Source of the DNA: a virus
DNA length: 51,500 nt
IMG/VR virus record: IMGVR_UViG_3300021446_000092
Span: 1 to 51,500 of that record
Reading direction: 5' to 3' (one strand)
Part shown: positions 23,377-31,932 of the stretch, one piece after another
Layout: each line of letters begins with the position of its first letter
Numbering within the stretch: position 1 is the stretch's first letter
Translations under genes and position numbers: made by a program
Notes under the pieces: generated by a model
Told to the model about the DNA's origin: nothing
Databases searched by the model: none
What the model saw: only the letters and a program-made list of their open reading frames with translations

Positions 23377-23781
23377 CTAACCGCCCCCCTTCGCGCGGGC
23401 CTTCCGCGCTTCGGCTTCCTGTTCTTCCTGTTTCATCTGTTCGTGTTCGTCGTGTTGGTGGAGACGCCCCATAACTTCTTCTACGCTCATCCCGGGCTTC
23501 TCCACCTCATGGACCGTTTCCACCGGCTCCGCGTCGATGCTGGATACGTAGTGGAGCGCCACGGCGAGGGCGACGGAGACGGCCACGGCGCTCACAAGGC
23601 CCGTCTCGTACGCTGTGAGAAGCCCCACGCCGAGCAGGGTCCCAGCGGCCGTCCGGACGCTCCGTGGCGTGAGTGCCGCGACTGCGGCCAGCAAGCCGCG
23701 CGGCTCCTCAGTTGTCCGGTAGGTGTAAGATTCGCCGCGGATGTCCTCCAGCGAGTAGCCCGCCTCCTTGACCAGGACCAT
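23377..23781 (-). CDS. Hypothetical membrane protein upstream of tape measure (134 aa)
   Basis: Two hydrophobic segments and a charged C-terminus. The stop abuts the TMP start. Confidence 0.75.
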   Translation of the reverse strand: MVLVKEAGYSLEDIRGESYTYRTTEEPRGLLAAVAALTPRSVRTAAGTLLGVGLLTAYETGLVSAVAVSVALAVALHYVSSIDAEPVETVHEVEKPGMSVEEVMGRLHQHDEHEQMKQEEQEAEARKARAKGGG

Positions 23782-23849
23782 CTCGATTGCCTTCGGGACG
23801 TGTTGCAGTACGGCCGGATCATCTATCTTCCGCCGCCGTACTGCCTGCC

Positions 23850-24284
23850 TCAGTTTTCCTCCTCGTCAGCCTCCAGATCCGAGACGGGGGCGGGTAGCTT
23901 ATCCTCCAGTTGCGTGCCGTAGCTCGCCTTGAGTCCCTGGAGCCACACGGTGAGGTTTTCCGGCTGAGGCTCCACTTCGACTATCATCTCTTTTGCTATC
24001 TCCCGGTAGTAGTGCGCGAAGTCCAGCTTGCCGTCGCTCTTTCCCGTCCGCTTCAGGGAGTCCGTGAACACGTCGTTCTTCTTGGCCCACGAGGCGTCCG
24101 TGAGCGTCACGACGTACACTTCACCCGAGTCCTCGTCCACGAGCGGAACGTCCCACGTATCCTCCGGGTTCGTGGTCGCGTCCATCGCGTTATCCGCGAC
24201 GTGCAGGTCGTCCCGGTCGCGGAGGTGCGGGGGTAGCTGGTCGCGGATCTCGTCCGACAGACCGTTGTTGGTGTCGCCAGGCAT
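23850..24284 (-). CDS. Tail assembly chaperone-like acidic protein (144 aa)
   Basis: Position between the major tail protein and the TMP; very acidic. Confidence 0.8.
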   Translation of the reverse strand: MPGDTNNGLSDEIRDQLPPHLRDRDDLHVADNAMDATTNPEDTWDVPLVDEDSGEVYVVTLTDASWAKKNDVFTDSLKRTGKSDGKLDFAHYYREIAKEMIVEVEPQPENLTVWLQGLKASYGTQLEDKLPAPVSDLEADEEEN

Positions 24285-24287
24285 GGC

Positions 24288-25274
24288 TTACGCGAGGTAG
24301 CCCGCGGAGCTATATGAATCCTGCACCTCGATGGTGATGGACTCCGGCTCTATCGTCGCCTCCACCTCGACCTTCCCGGACTCCCCGGGGATGGTGTGCG
24401 GCGTCTCAGCGAAGTTACAGCCGTCCGCCGTGATGGTTATGGTGTCGCCGTTCGACCGCTCGAACGCCATCTGGGCGGTGAACCCGCCCGCTGTCGGGTT
24501 CAGTAGCTCCTGGTACAGGGCGTCGTCCTCGATGGTGAGCGTCGTGGATAGCTCGTACTCCGCGTTCCCGTAGGTTATCTCGTACGGGTCCTTTGCGTCT
24601 CCGCTCGGCGTAGCGGCGTCGTCAACGATGTAGCGCCCCTCCTGAAGGTTGTTCGTGATGGACAGCGTGAAGTCCTGAAACCGAGCGAAGGACGACCCAA
24701 ACAGGGAAAGCTGGCTGGCCGCGTCCGAGAACAGCCACGGGTCCCGGTCCGGGACGGAGATACCGGCGGTCGGGCTGGATCCGGTCCCGACGCCGAGCGC
24801 CCAGTACGACAGGTTGACGGTAAGCTCGTCGTCGTTGTTCATCTGAAGCTCGCCGGACGCCGGGACGCACCCCTGGAACGTCCGGACGAAGTCGGATCCT
24901 CCGCCCCGGCCGTAGTACACGGCTTCGAGGGTCTGCGACGGCGGCTTCCCGTCGTTCTCGGCGGTCAGGGTGTGGGTGTTCGGCGTGGTCGTGTCATCGA
25001 AGGACTCCGCGCCGAGCAGATACGCCAGCGGAGCGCCGTCCTGAAGGATGATGGGAATATCCCCGCCCTGGTAGGACCGCTGACCTTGGTGTTTCTGGAA
25101 CGGCTCCCGCGTCCCGCCGATGACGCGCGTGACCATCCACTCCTGCTCCGGGTCCGGCGGCGTCGCTTCCTCGGCGACCTTCCCGAGCGTCCGGGTCGGG
25201 GAAACCGCGGTTCCCTGCGTCGATTCCACGCCGACAGCGAGTTGAGTGTCCTCGCCTTTGTACGGGTCAGCCAT
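24288..25274 (-). CDS. Major tail (tube) protein
   Basis: 328 aa in the canonical position after the neck genes. No sheath gene is present. Confidence 0.85.
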   Translation of the reverse strand: MADPYKGEDTQLAVGVESTQGTAVSPTRTLGKVAEEATPPDPEQEWMVTRVIGGTREPFQKHQGQRSYQGGDIPIILQDGAPLAYLLGAESFDDTTTPNTHTLTAENDGKPPSQTLEAVYYGRGGGSDFVRTFQGCVPASGELQMNNDDELTVNLSYWALGVGTGSSPTAGISVPDRDPWLFSDAASQLSLFGSSFARFQDFTLSITNNLQEGRYIVDDAATPSGDAKDPYEITYGNAEYELSTTLTIEDDALYQELLNPTAGGFTAQMAFERSNGDTITITADGCNFAETPHTIPGESGKVEVEATIEPESITIEVQDSYSSAGYLA

Positions 25275-25283
25275 GCTCTTACC

Positions 25284-25595
25284 TCACTCCTCGTTGTCCT
25301 CCGCCTTAGTCGTGTCCCCGTCAGACCCGCTCTCAAGCCGCTCGAAGCTGGGGTAGTGTTCCGCGATGGACTCCTCGATGGCCTTGGCGCGTTTGCCCGC
25401 CTCTTGGGGACTCTCGCCGTGGCTGAACTCCTCGGGGACCCGCTCCAGCAGGTCAAAGTCGTCCGGGTCGTCCGCCGACCCGTTGGTCTGGAGCGCGGCG
25501 CGGAGCCGCGAGCGGTCGCCGGGGAGTAGTTCTGATCCGCTCCGGTCCGCGTCCGGGATCCGGTACAGCTTCGTCGTAGTGGTTGCTCGGAGCAT
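25284..25595 (-). CDS. Hypothetical acidic protein (103 aa)
   Basis: Internal ATG (MLRATTTTKLY) of an Arg-rich track ORF. Confidence 0.7.
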   Translation of the reverse strand: MLRATTTTKLYRIPDADRSGSELLPGDRSRLRAALQTNGSADDPDDFDLLERVPEEFSHGESPQEAGKRAKAIEESIAEHYPSFERLESGSDGDTTKAEDNEE

Positions 25596-25618
25596 CGTTG
25601 TGTATCGTCGGATATGGT

Positions 25619-26089
25619 TTACAGCGTCCGGGCCTCGGCGGAGTAGTCCCACGAAAGCTCGAAGGCCCACCAGTTGAACGCTTGGTCGTTGATGGTAGCG
25701 CCGCTCACGTCTACGGTGTCCCAGTTCCCGGGCGTCCCCTCGCTCCGCTTCCGGGCGTACTCCGCGAGGACCAGCAGTTCGGACCAGAGTTGCTCCCGGC
25801 GGGAGCGCCCCCGGGGCGTTGCGACTTCCACGAACGCGGTCGCGCTCAGGTCTACTGCCTCCCGCGGCCCGTCGATGTACTCCTGGCTCCGCTCGCTCGT
25901 CTCGCTCACCAGGACGTACTCCTCGGTGTAGTCCACGCCCTTCCGGGCGTTCCCGTCGTTGTCCTCGCTCCACAGTTCGACGTGAGCGGGCTTCTCGACG
26001 CCCGCGGACTCTGGGAGGTTCCCCCAGTTGGTGTCGATGAGGCGGCGCGTCAGGTCGGCCACGTCCCACTCCAGGTCGGAAACCGTCAT
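25619..26089 (-). CDS. Neck/tail-completion protein (156 aa)
   Basis: ATG 26089 is ATGA-coupled to the upstream gene. The function is assigned by position. Confidence 0.8.
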   Translation of the reverse strand: MTVSDLEWDVADLTRRLIDTNWGNLPESAGVEKPAHVELWSEDNDGNARKGVDYTEEYVLVSETSERSQEYIDGPREAVDLSATAFVEVATPRGRSRREQLWSELLVLAEYARKRSEGTPGNWDTVDVSGATINDQAFNWWAFELSWDYSAEARTL

Positions 26090-26631
26090 TCGCCACCTCC
26101 GGACGGCTCCCGCGGCGGCAGGTCCTCCGCGGAGTCGAACCACTCGATGCTCCCGGACTGGAGAAGCGTCCCGCGGTCGCTCGCTTCGTCGCGGATGATG
26201 CGCTGGGACTCCCGGAACATCCCGTTGACAACCTCCGCGAGGATCTTCTGGTTCGCTTCAGGGTCCTCGCTCCCGGCGTAGCTGGAGACGACTGACGGGG
26301 CCTTGTCCTTCCCCTTCTCCAGCGCCCGGTTGCCGAAGTACACGCCGTCGGTTCCGTTCTCGTAGATGGACCATTGGACCAGCCGGGCGACCCCCTCCAC
26401 GGTGTTGTCGCCGGCTTCCTTCAGCCCGGCGTCCAGATCCCCCCACTTCCGGTCCACCCAGTCGAGGAGGGGCTGAAGCGGGGGCGGACTGCCGGCGTAG
26501 GAGGTTGGAAACTCCACGTACTGCGCGTAGTTCACGGAGTAGTTTATCATCGCGGCTCCCTCCATGTCCTCCAGCAGTTCCTCCGCCTCGAACGCTCCGG
26601 TCCGCGTCCGGACGGTTCCCTTCTGCGGCAT
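26086..26631 (-). CDS. HK97 gp10-like head-tail joining protein
   Basis: NYAQYVEFPTSYAG resembles the gp10-family YAxxVEfGT motif. TGATG-coupled. Confidence 0.85.
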   Translation of the reverse strand: MPQKGTVRTRTGAFEAEELLEDMEGAAMINYSVNYAQYVEFPTSYAGSPPPLQPLLDWVDRKWGDLDAGLKEAGDNTVEGVARLVQWSIYENGTDGVYFGNRALEKGKDKAPSVVSSYAGSEDPEANQKILAEVVNGMFRESQRIIRDEASDRGTLLQSGSIEWFDSAEDLPPREPSGGGE

Positions 26632-27407
26632 CAGATCATCACCTTTGAGACGCGGTACTCCGTTAGCTCGTCCCAGGCGTCCTCGCGGAGGCGTTGGGCG
26701 GCCGTGGACTGGTCGGGCGTGTTCTCCGGGCCGGACGAGAGCATCGCCCCGTACTGGTCGGTGTCGATGAGGTCCGCGGCGACCAGCTTCGCCGTTGCCA
26801 TCCGGACCGCACGCGGTATTTCCTCCGGGACGTTGTCGCCGTCGAGCGCCGAGGTCTGTCCGATGCGGTACGTCAGCCGGACCCGGGGGTTCACGGCTTT
26901 CCCGGAGCCGCGGACGGGGCCGACCAGAAACTCCGACACATCGACGTACAGGACGCCCTTCCGGGTGTCCAGATACCACTTGGAGTCCTCCGACCGGGTG
27001 CCGCCGTCCGTAGTAATGTCCTGAACCCCGTCCTGAAGGAACACCTCAACCTTGTCCCCCTGCGCGTTGTCGATTTCTTGGAGGTGCATGTGGGGGAGGA
27101 ACGCCTTTCCCCACTCATCGATGGGGTTGAGGAAGCCGTGACGGGACGAGCGTCGGCGGCGGCGCTCCAGGGAGCTTTCGGACGTGTGGTGAAACTCCAC
27201 GTCGAGGATCCGGTCGGCTGTCTTACGGGTCCGCCAGTACCGCCGCGTCTCGTCTTCGACGGATGAAGTGGCGTCCGCTATCATGTCCTTCACCTGCGAC
27301 AGGGTCGGGTCTGACGTGGCGCTGAAGTCCTTGTTGCGGATGTAACGCTCTACGTCGTCCGGAGAACAGTACACAGCATCGCTATCAACGAGTTGGTTCG
27401 TGGGCAT
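26631..27407 (-). CDS. Head-tail connector/adaptor protein (258 aa)
   Basis: First neck-module gene after the capsid genes. N-terminus YCSPDDVERYI...LSQVKDMIADATSSVE is typical of gp6-like connectors. Confidence 0.85.
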   Translation of the reverse strand: MPTNQLVDSDAVYCSPDDVERYIRNKDFSATSDPTLSQVKDMIADATSSVEDETRRYWRTRKTADRILDVEFHHTSESSLERRRRRSSRHGFLNPIDEWGKAFLPHMHLQEIDNAQGDKVEVFLQDGVQDITTDGGTRSEDSKWYLDTRKGVLYVDVSEFLVGPVRGSGKAVNPRVRLTYRIGQTSALDGDNVPEEIPRAVRMATAKLVAADLIDTDQYGAMLSSGPENTPDQSTAAQRLREDAWDELTEYRVSKVMI

Positions 27408-27427
27408 ATCTGTTACTACGGGAGAAG

Positions 27428-27442
27428 GGGGCTTGAAGCCCC
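27428..27442. terminator. Short intergenic hairpin after the capsid genes
   Basis: GGGGC-ttgaa-GCCCC in the 44-nt gap between 27452..27727 and 26631..27407. Confidence 0.3.
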
Positions 27443-27451
27443 GTTACGCCC

Positions 27452-27727
27452 TCACTCGTCCGGGACCACGACGAGGACTTCCACGTCGTCCGTGGTGTCC
27501 CCGCCGATGGTCGCCTGCGTGGTGCCCTTGCTCGACACCGTTTCGCCGCCGGTCGGTCCGGTGACGAACACGTAGGGTTCGGACTCCAGCGGCGAGTCGA
27601 TGCCGTCGATGTCCGTGAACGTGAGCGTCGCGGTCCCGGACGACAGGGTGACTGTCGTGGCGTGTGCCCGGCCCTCGATGAGCGGCGAGCCGCTCCCCGA
27701 GCGGGTCAGGGTCATGTCCCCGGGCAT
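27452..27727 (-). CDS. Small beta-rich protein next to MCP (possible head decoration, 91 aa)
   Basis: Thr/Gly/Ser-rich, immediately downstream of the MCP gene. Confidence 0.7.
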   Translation of the reverse strand: MPGDMTLTRSGSGSPLIEGRAHATTVTLSSGTATLTFTDIDGIDSPLESEPYVFVTGPTGGETVSSKGTTQATIGGDTTDDVEVLVVVPDE

Positions 27728-27730
27728 GGT

Positions 27731-28918
27731 TCAGGCCAGGGCGTCGAGCGCCTGGATCCGCGTGGGTGCTTCGCTGACGAGCGTCCCGTAGGCGTCCGTG
27801 GCGAACGTCTCCTCGGGGCTGGAGCGCGCCAGCGGATGCATCGTCACGTCCTGAAGCATCGCCATGTAGTTGGCGGAGGCGTCGAACGACAGGAACACGC
27901 GCTGGCTGTCCGTGTTCGGACTGCCGTGGGACTCCATGATCATCGTCCCGTCCACGTCGAGCGCCTGGAAGCCGAACGAGAAGTCGTCGGCCGGCGTGTC
28001 GTAGCGGGTGAAGTCCTGCACGTCCTCCTGAAGATCCTGGAACGTCTTGTGGTCCGTGATGTGGACGATGTCGTCCCGGGAAGCACCGTCGCGGCGGAGC
28101 TTCCGGATCTGGTCCCGGACCTTCGAGAGCGTGATGGACGCCCCCGCCTCGTCGGAGACGTTCGCGGCCGGGGCGAGGTCCGTCAGGCCCTCGAACCCGG
28201 TGGCGTCGTTCGCGCCGGCCGTCAGGTTCGACCCCTGCCCGACGATAAGCTGGCGCTCCTCGTACTTGCGGATGGAGCGGACCTGCTGGTCCTCGGTCAG
28301 CGCCCGCGTGGAACGGAGCGTGTTGGCCGCAAGCTGAACGAAGTCGGTGACGCTGTTCTGACGACCGTAGGAAACCACTTCGTAGGTGTGGTTCGTGTAC
28401 GTGTCGTCGTTCTCCGGCCACGCCGCCGCGCCCTCGGAGAACTGCGACGCCTCGCCGGTGTCCGTCAGTTCGTCCACCTTGACGGTGTCCTCCTGCACCG
28501 CCGTCCGCGCCACCATGTCGGCCAGGGGCAGGTCCTCCTGGTCGGTGATGAACACGTCCGGGGTGAAGAAAATGGGCAGGCTGTACGAGGTCCGGTCCAC
28601 GGCCTTCGACTGCACCGCCTTCTCAGCGGCGTCCCGGAGGGAGTAGCCCTGGGCCGCGAGGTCGTTGAACTCCTCGTAGACCGGCTCCCACTTGTCGAAC
28701 ATCTTGCCCTTCAGGCTCACCGGCTCCCCCCGCCCGGAAAGGAACCCCATCGGGTCCCAGTAGGGAACCTGGTCGCCGGGCAGTCCGCCCGCCGCGGCGG
28801 CCTTCTCGATGAGGTCCCCGAACGACCGGCGGTGCGCGACCTGCGCTTCCCGCTTGTTGATGCCGCCCGGTGCGGCCTTCGTCACGCCCTGCTCGTGGTT
28901 CTTGACGATTCCCGTCAT
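27731..28918 (-). CDS. Major capsid protein (HK97 fold type)
   Basis: 395 aa directly after the protease/scaffold gene; size and pattern are typical of HK97-like MCPs. Confidence 0.9.
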   Translation of the reverse strand: MTGIVKNHEQGVTKAAPGGINKREAQVAHRRSFGDLIEKAAAAGGLPGDQVPYWDPMGFLSGRGEPVSLKGKMFDKWEPVYEEFNDLAAQGYSLRDAAEKAVQSKAVDRTSYSLPIFFTPDVFITDQEDLPLADMVARTAVQEDTVKVDELTDTGEASQFSEGAAAWPENDDTYTNHTYEVVSYGRQNSVTDFVQLAANTLRSTRALTEDQQVRSIRKYEERQLIVGQGSNLTAGANDATGFEGLTDLAPAANVSDEAGASITLSKVRDQIRKLRRDGASRDDIVHITDHKTFQDLQEDVQDFTRYDTPADDFSFGFQALDVDGTMIMESHGSPNTDSQRVFLSFDASANYMAMLQDVTMHPLARSSPEETFATDAYGTLVSEAPTRIQALDALA

Positions 28919-28921
28919 GGT

Positions 28922-30376
28922 TTACATCAGCCCCTCGAAGTCGTCGTCGCTCCACGAGTCGGGGTCGGTGCGGTCCTCCTGACCGGCGGTGTTCTCGTGG
29001 ATGTGCTTGCGGATGACCTCGTTCCGCTCATCCTCGTCCGCCGGAAGCTCGGACTTCTCGACGCCGAGAATGTCGGCCATCTTCTCTTCGACCTGTTCAT
29101 CCAGGTCCTCCTGCGGGGTCGCCTCCGGCTCGTCCTCGCCGTCCTTGCCGAAGACTTCCTGCTCCAGGTCGTCCACGCGGTCCTGAACGGACTTCACCGT
29201 CTCGTTCGTCTCCTTGACGGTGTCGTGAATGTCCTGAAGGGATGGACCGTCGCCGGATCCGCTCCCGGCGTCCTCGTCCTTCCCCGCGTTCATTTCCGGT
29301 TCCTCATCTTCGTCGCTGTCCTCGTCGTCCTCCTCGTCCTCCTCGCCGTCCTCAGACTCTATCTGCGCCTGGAGCATCTGGATGAGGTCCTTGACCTCGC
29401 TGTTGGAAAGCCCCTTCAGGGCTTCCTCGTCCAGGTTGCTGAGGTCCACGGGGGACCCGGAGTTATCGTTGTCGTTTTCGTCAGTCATGGTTTCACCAGT
29501 ATCGCCGGTTGCGCCCTTCGCGGCCAGCGCCGCGGCGGTCGCCCCGCTGGCTTCTTGCGCTTCCTCCGGAGACACGTCGCCGCTCAGGAAGTCCTCCACG
29601 TCCAGTTGGGTCGCTTCCCCGTAGATGGAGAAGCCTGTTAGCTCGCCCTCCTTGACGCGCTCCCACGCTTCGTCGGAGAACTGCACGCCCATCATCCAGG
29701 TCCCGGCAGGGTACTCCCTGCTCTCGGATCCGTCCGGGAGCGTGAACGTTCCGGACTCCTTGAGCGTCCACGACTCGATGGGGACTCCCTTCCCCTCGAA
29801 CAGGTCGTGGTCCGTGTCTATCTTCCGGTACTCTGCGAGGAAGTCGTGAGCCGCGGACTCTATCTCGTCCGCCGGGATCACGTCGCCCTGCTTGTCCGTC
29901 TCGTTCGGAATGAGAACGGGTGCCCACGCCTTCTGTTCCTCCTCGTCCTGCTCGTCCTCCTCGCCGTCGGCCTTACTCCAGACCGGCGCGCGGCCGCCGC
30001 CGTCAACGGCGACGGTCTTGGAAGTGTGCAGGACGATGGGGGAGGTGACGCCCCAGTCCGCGCCCGCGTGTTCGGTGTCCGCGTCTTTGGCGTACACCCA
30101 TTGGGAGTCGATTGCGGGGTTCTCGACGCCGGAAACGTAGGTGACGGACAGGTTCGTCAGGACCTTCTCCGCATCAGGGTCCTTGAGGGACTCCACGAAG
30201 CTCAGGATACCACCATCTTCAGGGTCGTACTCCTGCGCGAGGTCCTTGTTCGACTCCATCCAGCCACACATCGCATCCGGATCTTCTACGTCGGGGTCGT
30301 CCTCGAAGTGACGGACGCACGCCTCGAAGTCATCGAAGGGGCCTACCGGCTTCTGCACGTCGCCGTTCTCCGTCAC
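28922..30376 (-). CDS. Prohead protease (XkdF-like) fused to acidic scaffold region
   Basis: KAWAPVLIPNETDKQGDVIPADEIESAAHDFL is typical of the XkdF/S78-like domain. The C-terminal half is extremely acidic coiled coil. GTG start at 30376. Confidence 0.9.
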   Translation of the reverse strand: MTENGDVQKPVGPFDDFEACVRHFEDDPDVEDPDAMCGWMESNKDLAQEYDPEDGGILSFVESLKDPDAEKVLTNLSVTYVSGVENPAIDSQWVYAKDADTEHAGADWGVTSPIVLHTSKTVAVDGGGRAPVWSKADGEEDEQDEEEQKAWAPVLIPNETDKQGDVIPADEIESAAHDFLAEYRKIDTDHDLFEGKGVPIESWTLKESGTFTLPDGSESREYPAGTWMMGVQFSDEAWERVKEGELTGFSIYGEATQLDVEDFLSGDVSPEEAQEASGATAAALAAKGATGDTGETMTDENDNDNSGSPVDLSNLDEEALKGLSNSEVKDLIQMLQAQIESEDGEEDEEDDEDSDEDEEPEMNAGKDEDAGSGSGDGPSLQDIHDTVKETNETVKSVQDRVDDLEQEVFGKDGEDEPEATPQEDLDEQVEEKMADILGVEKSELPADEDERNEVIRKHIHENTAGQEDRTDPDSWSDDDFEGLM

Positions 30377-30620
30377 ACACGGTCCGATGGGCTACGGGGA
30401 CTTAGATGTAGTGTGGGATACCCCCGCTCAGAAACAAGACTGACGCCGTTGACAGCGGTGACAGTTGACGCCGCGGGACCTGACGGGAGCGCCGGAGAAA
30501 AGCCAGCGCCCCCGGCTGACGACACCAGAGGTCAGCGGGCCGAACGCCCGATGGCTGGGGACACCGGGCACTTCGGACCAAGAGGGGTGGGGAAAAGAAG
30601 GTTCGGGAACGCCGGTGGGC

Positions 30621-31280
30621 CTACCGCTCCAGTTCAACTTCGACCAGTTCTCCCATGAACGGGTAGTAGCCGCTGGAGAACAGCGCGGGCGTCCCGTTAT
30701 CGTCCGCCTTGACGCGCTTCGTCTTGCCGTCGCTGTCCCAGAACACGATGCCGGTGGTCTGCGCGCGGACGCCGCGGCCCGTCCGCTCCCCGGCCACCTG
30801 CGCGCTCTCAACCTCGCCCTCGTACGTGTTCAGCCCGTTCCCGTTCTTCTTTTCGTACTGGACCCGGACGGTGTCGCCCTCCGACGCCGCGCCGCACAGC
30901 GCCTCCAGTTCGTCGTCGCCCTCATCCCCCTCATCGCCGCCGTTCTCCAGCCGGTGGCGGCGGTCCGCGACTCCCTTCCACTCGTAGCCCGCATCCTCCG
31001 CCTTCTCCGCGAGCGGCTTCAGGCCGGAGATGTCCAGCGTCCACGCCCTGCGGTCCTTATCGAACGTGTAGTGGTGGTCGACCCACTCCAGCGACTTCAC
31101 CAGGTCGTTCGGCGGCGTCGCGCCGTCCGGAACGTCCCACGGCGCGGGCGTTTCCACGGCCGCCTTCTTGTCGTCGTAGTCGTTCTCGTAGGAGTCCACG
31201 ACGCGGAACACCAGTTCGGTCTCGTCTTCGTCCTCGCTGTCCTCCGCCTCAAACTCGTACCGCCGGATGCTTGCACTCAT
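30621..31280 (-). CDS. Acidic hypothetical protein (219 aa) with its own promoter cassette
   Basis: The ATG directly follows the cassette at 31281. Inserted between the portal-side genes and the protease. Confidence 0.85.
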   Translation of the reverse strand: MSASIRRYEFEAEDSEDEDETELVFRVVDSYENDYDDKKAAVETPAPWDVPDGATPPNDLVKSLEWVDHHYTFDKDRRAWTLDISGLKPLAEKAEDAGYEWKGVADRRHRLENGGDEGDEGDDELEALCGAASEGDTVRVQYEKKNGNGLNTYEGEVESAQVAGERTGRGVRAQTTGIVFWDSDGKTKRVKADDNGTPALFSSGYYPFMGELVEVELER

Positions 31281-31350
31281 CTCAAGTTCACCTTCTACAC
31301 TTACAGCTTGCAGGGGATGGGTAATAAACGTTTGCTTGAAGCTAATTCGG
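31281..31350 (-). promoter_or_regulatory. Promoter + leader cassette
   Basis: ctcaagttcaccttctacacttacagcttgcaggggatgggtaataaacgtttgcttgaagctaattcgg. Confidence 0.75.
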
Positions 31351-31393
31351 GTATGAAAGGACTTCAGAAACCGTCACGAAAGCGGTCTATCGT

Positions 31394-31678
31394 TCAGTCC
31401 GGGTCCGCAGCCACGTCCTCCAGCCAGTTGTAGAGCGTCCCGCGGCTGACCTTCTCCTCGATGCCGTTGGCGTCCAGCGTGTCGTTGATCCGCCGGAGCA
31501 TCTGACTCTTGGACTCCGTGTTGTCCGCCAGTTCCCGCAGGACCGAGGGGAGCGCCTGGCCGAACGCCGACTCCACCTCTCGCTGTCGGTCCGTCCGCGC
31601 GCCGTCCTTCGCCATCTGCTTGAAGATCCGGTCGTAGTCCTCCTGCTTCTCGATGTGAGTGTGGTCGTGGTCTGTCAT
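31394..31678 (-). CDS. HTH-containing small protein (94 aa)
   Basis: Internal ATG (MTDHDHTHIEK). C-terminal VSRGTLYNWLEDV is HTH-like. Confidence 0.7.
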   Translation of the reverse strand: MTDHDHTHIEKQEDYDRIFKQMAKDGARTDRQREVESAFGQALPSVLRELADNTESKSQMLRRINDTLDANGIEEKVSRGTLYNWLEDVAADPD

Positions 31679-31932
31679 AGTAGTCCTCCGGACAGGACGT
31701 TCCCCGTCCCGATAACGACAGCCGCCTGGACGAGCGTCCCGATGACGTAGCCGCCCTTGTAGTAGTGCGGTTCCTTCTGCACGTCCTCGTTGTCCGGGAG
31801 TGCCCCCGGACGGGCCTTCCACGAGCGCATCCCGTTGAACACCCCGTGAGCGAGCGCGTGCCACTCCGCGGCGTAAGACAGGAACCCGTCTCGCTCCGTC
31901 CCGTCCTCGGAAGCGCCGTCAGGACCCGCCAT
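31675..31932 (-). CDS. Hypothetical protein (85 aa) with hydrophobic C-terminus
   Basis: The ATG at 31932 overlaps the portal stop (TGATG). Confidence 0.65.
   Translation of the reverse strand: MAGPDGASEDGTERDGFLSYAAEWHALAHGVFNGMRSWKARPGALPDNEDVQKEPHYYKGGYVIGTLVQAAVVIGTGNVLSGGLL

Noticed and set aside
23782-23849. Programmed -1 frameshift joining the two chaperone-like genes upstream of the tape measure (23850..24284 and 23377..23781).
   Set aside because: There is no XXXYYYZ slippery heptamer near the stop of 23850..24284. The -1 frame hits a stop after about 12 codons, before reaching the next gene.
26131-26146. A T-loop-like GGTTCGACTCC on the minus strand inside CDS 26086..26631.
   Set aside because: The flanking bases do not form a T-stem, and the sequence simply encodes WFDS within a well-supported gene.
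27662-29641. Very long Arg/Gly/Pro/Val-rich ORFs opposite or out of frame to the called genes. Examples: 27662..29641 +, 4997..5992 -, 8628..9461 -, 22333..23049 +, 30465..31433 +, 37614..38570 +, 49463..50767 +.
   Set aside because: These are typical shadow ORFs of high-GC DNA. They are basic and low-complexity, unlike the acidic proteome. They lack start-site context, and each overlaps a strongly supported gene with recognisable domains (MCP, protease, SPFH, TMP, TerL and others).
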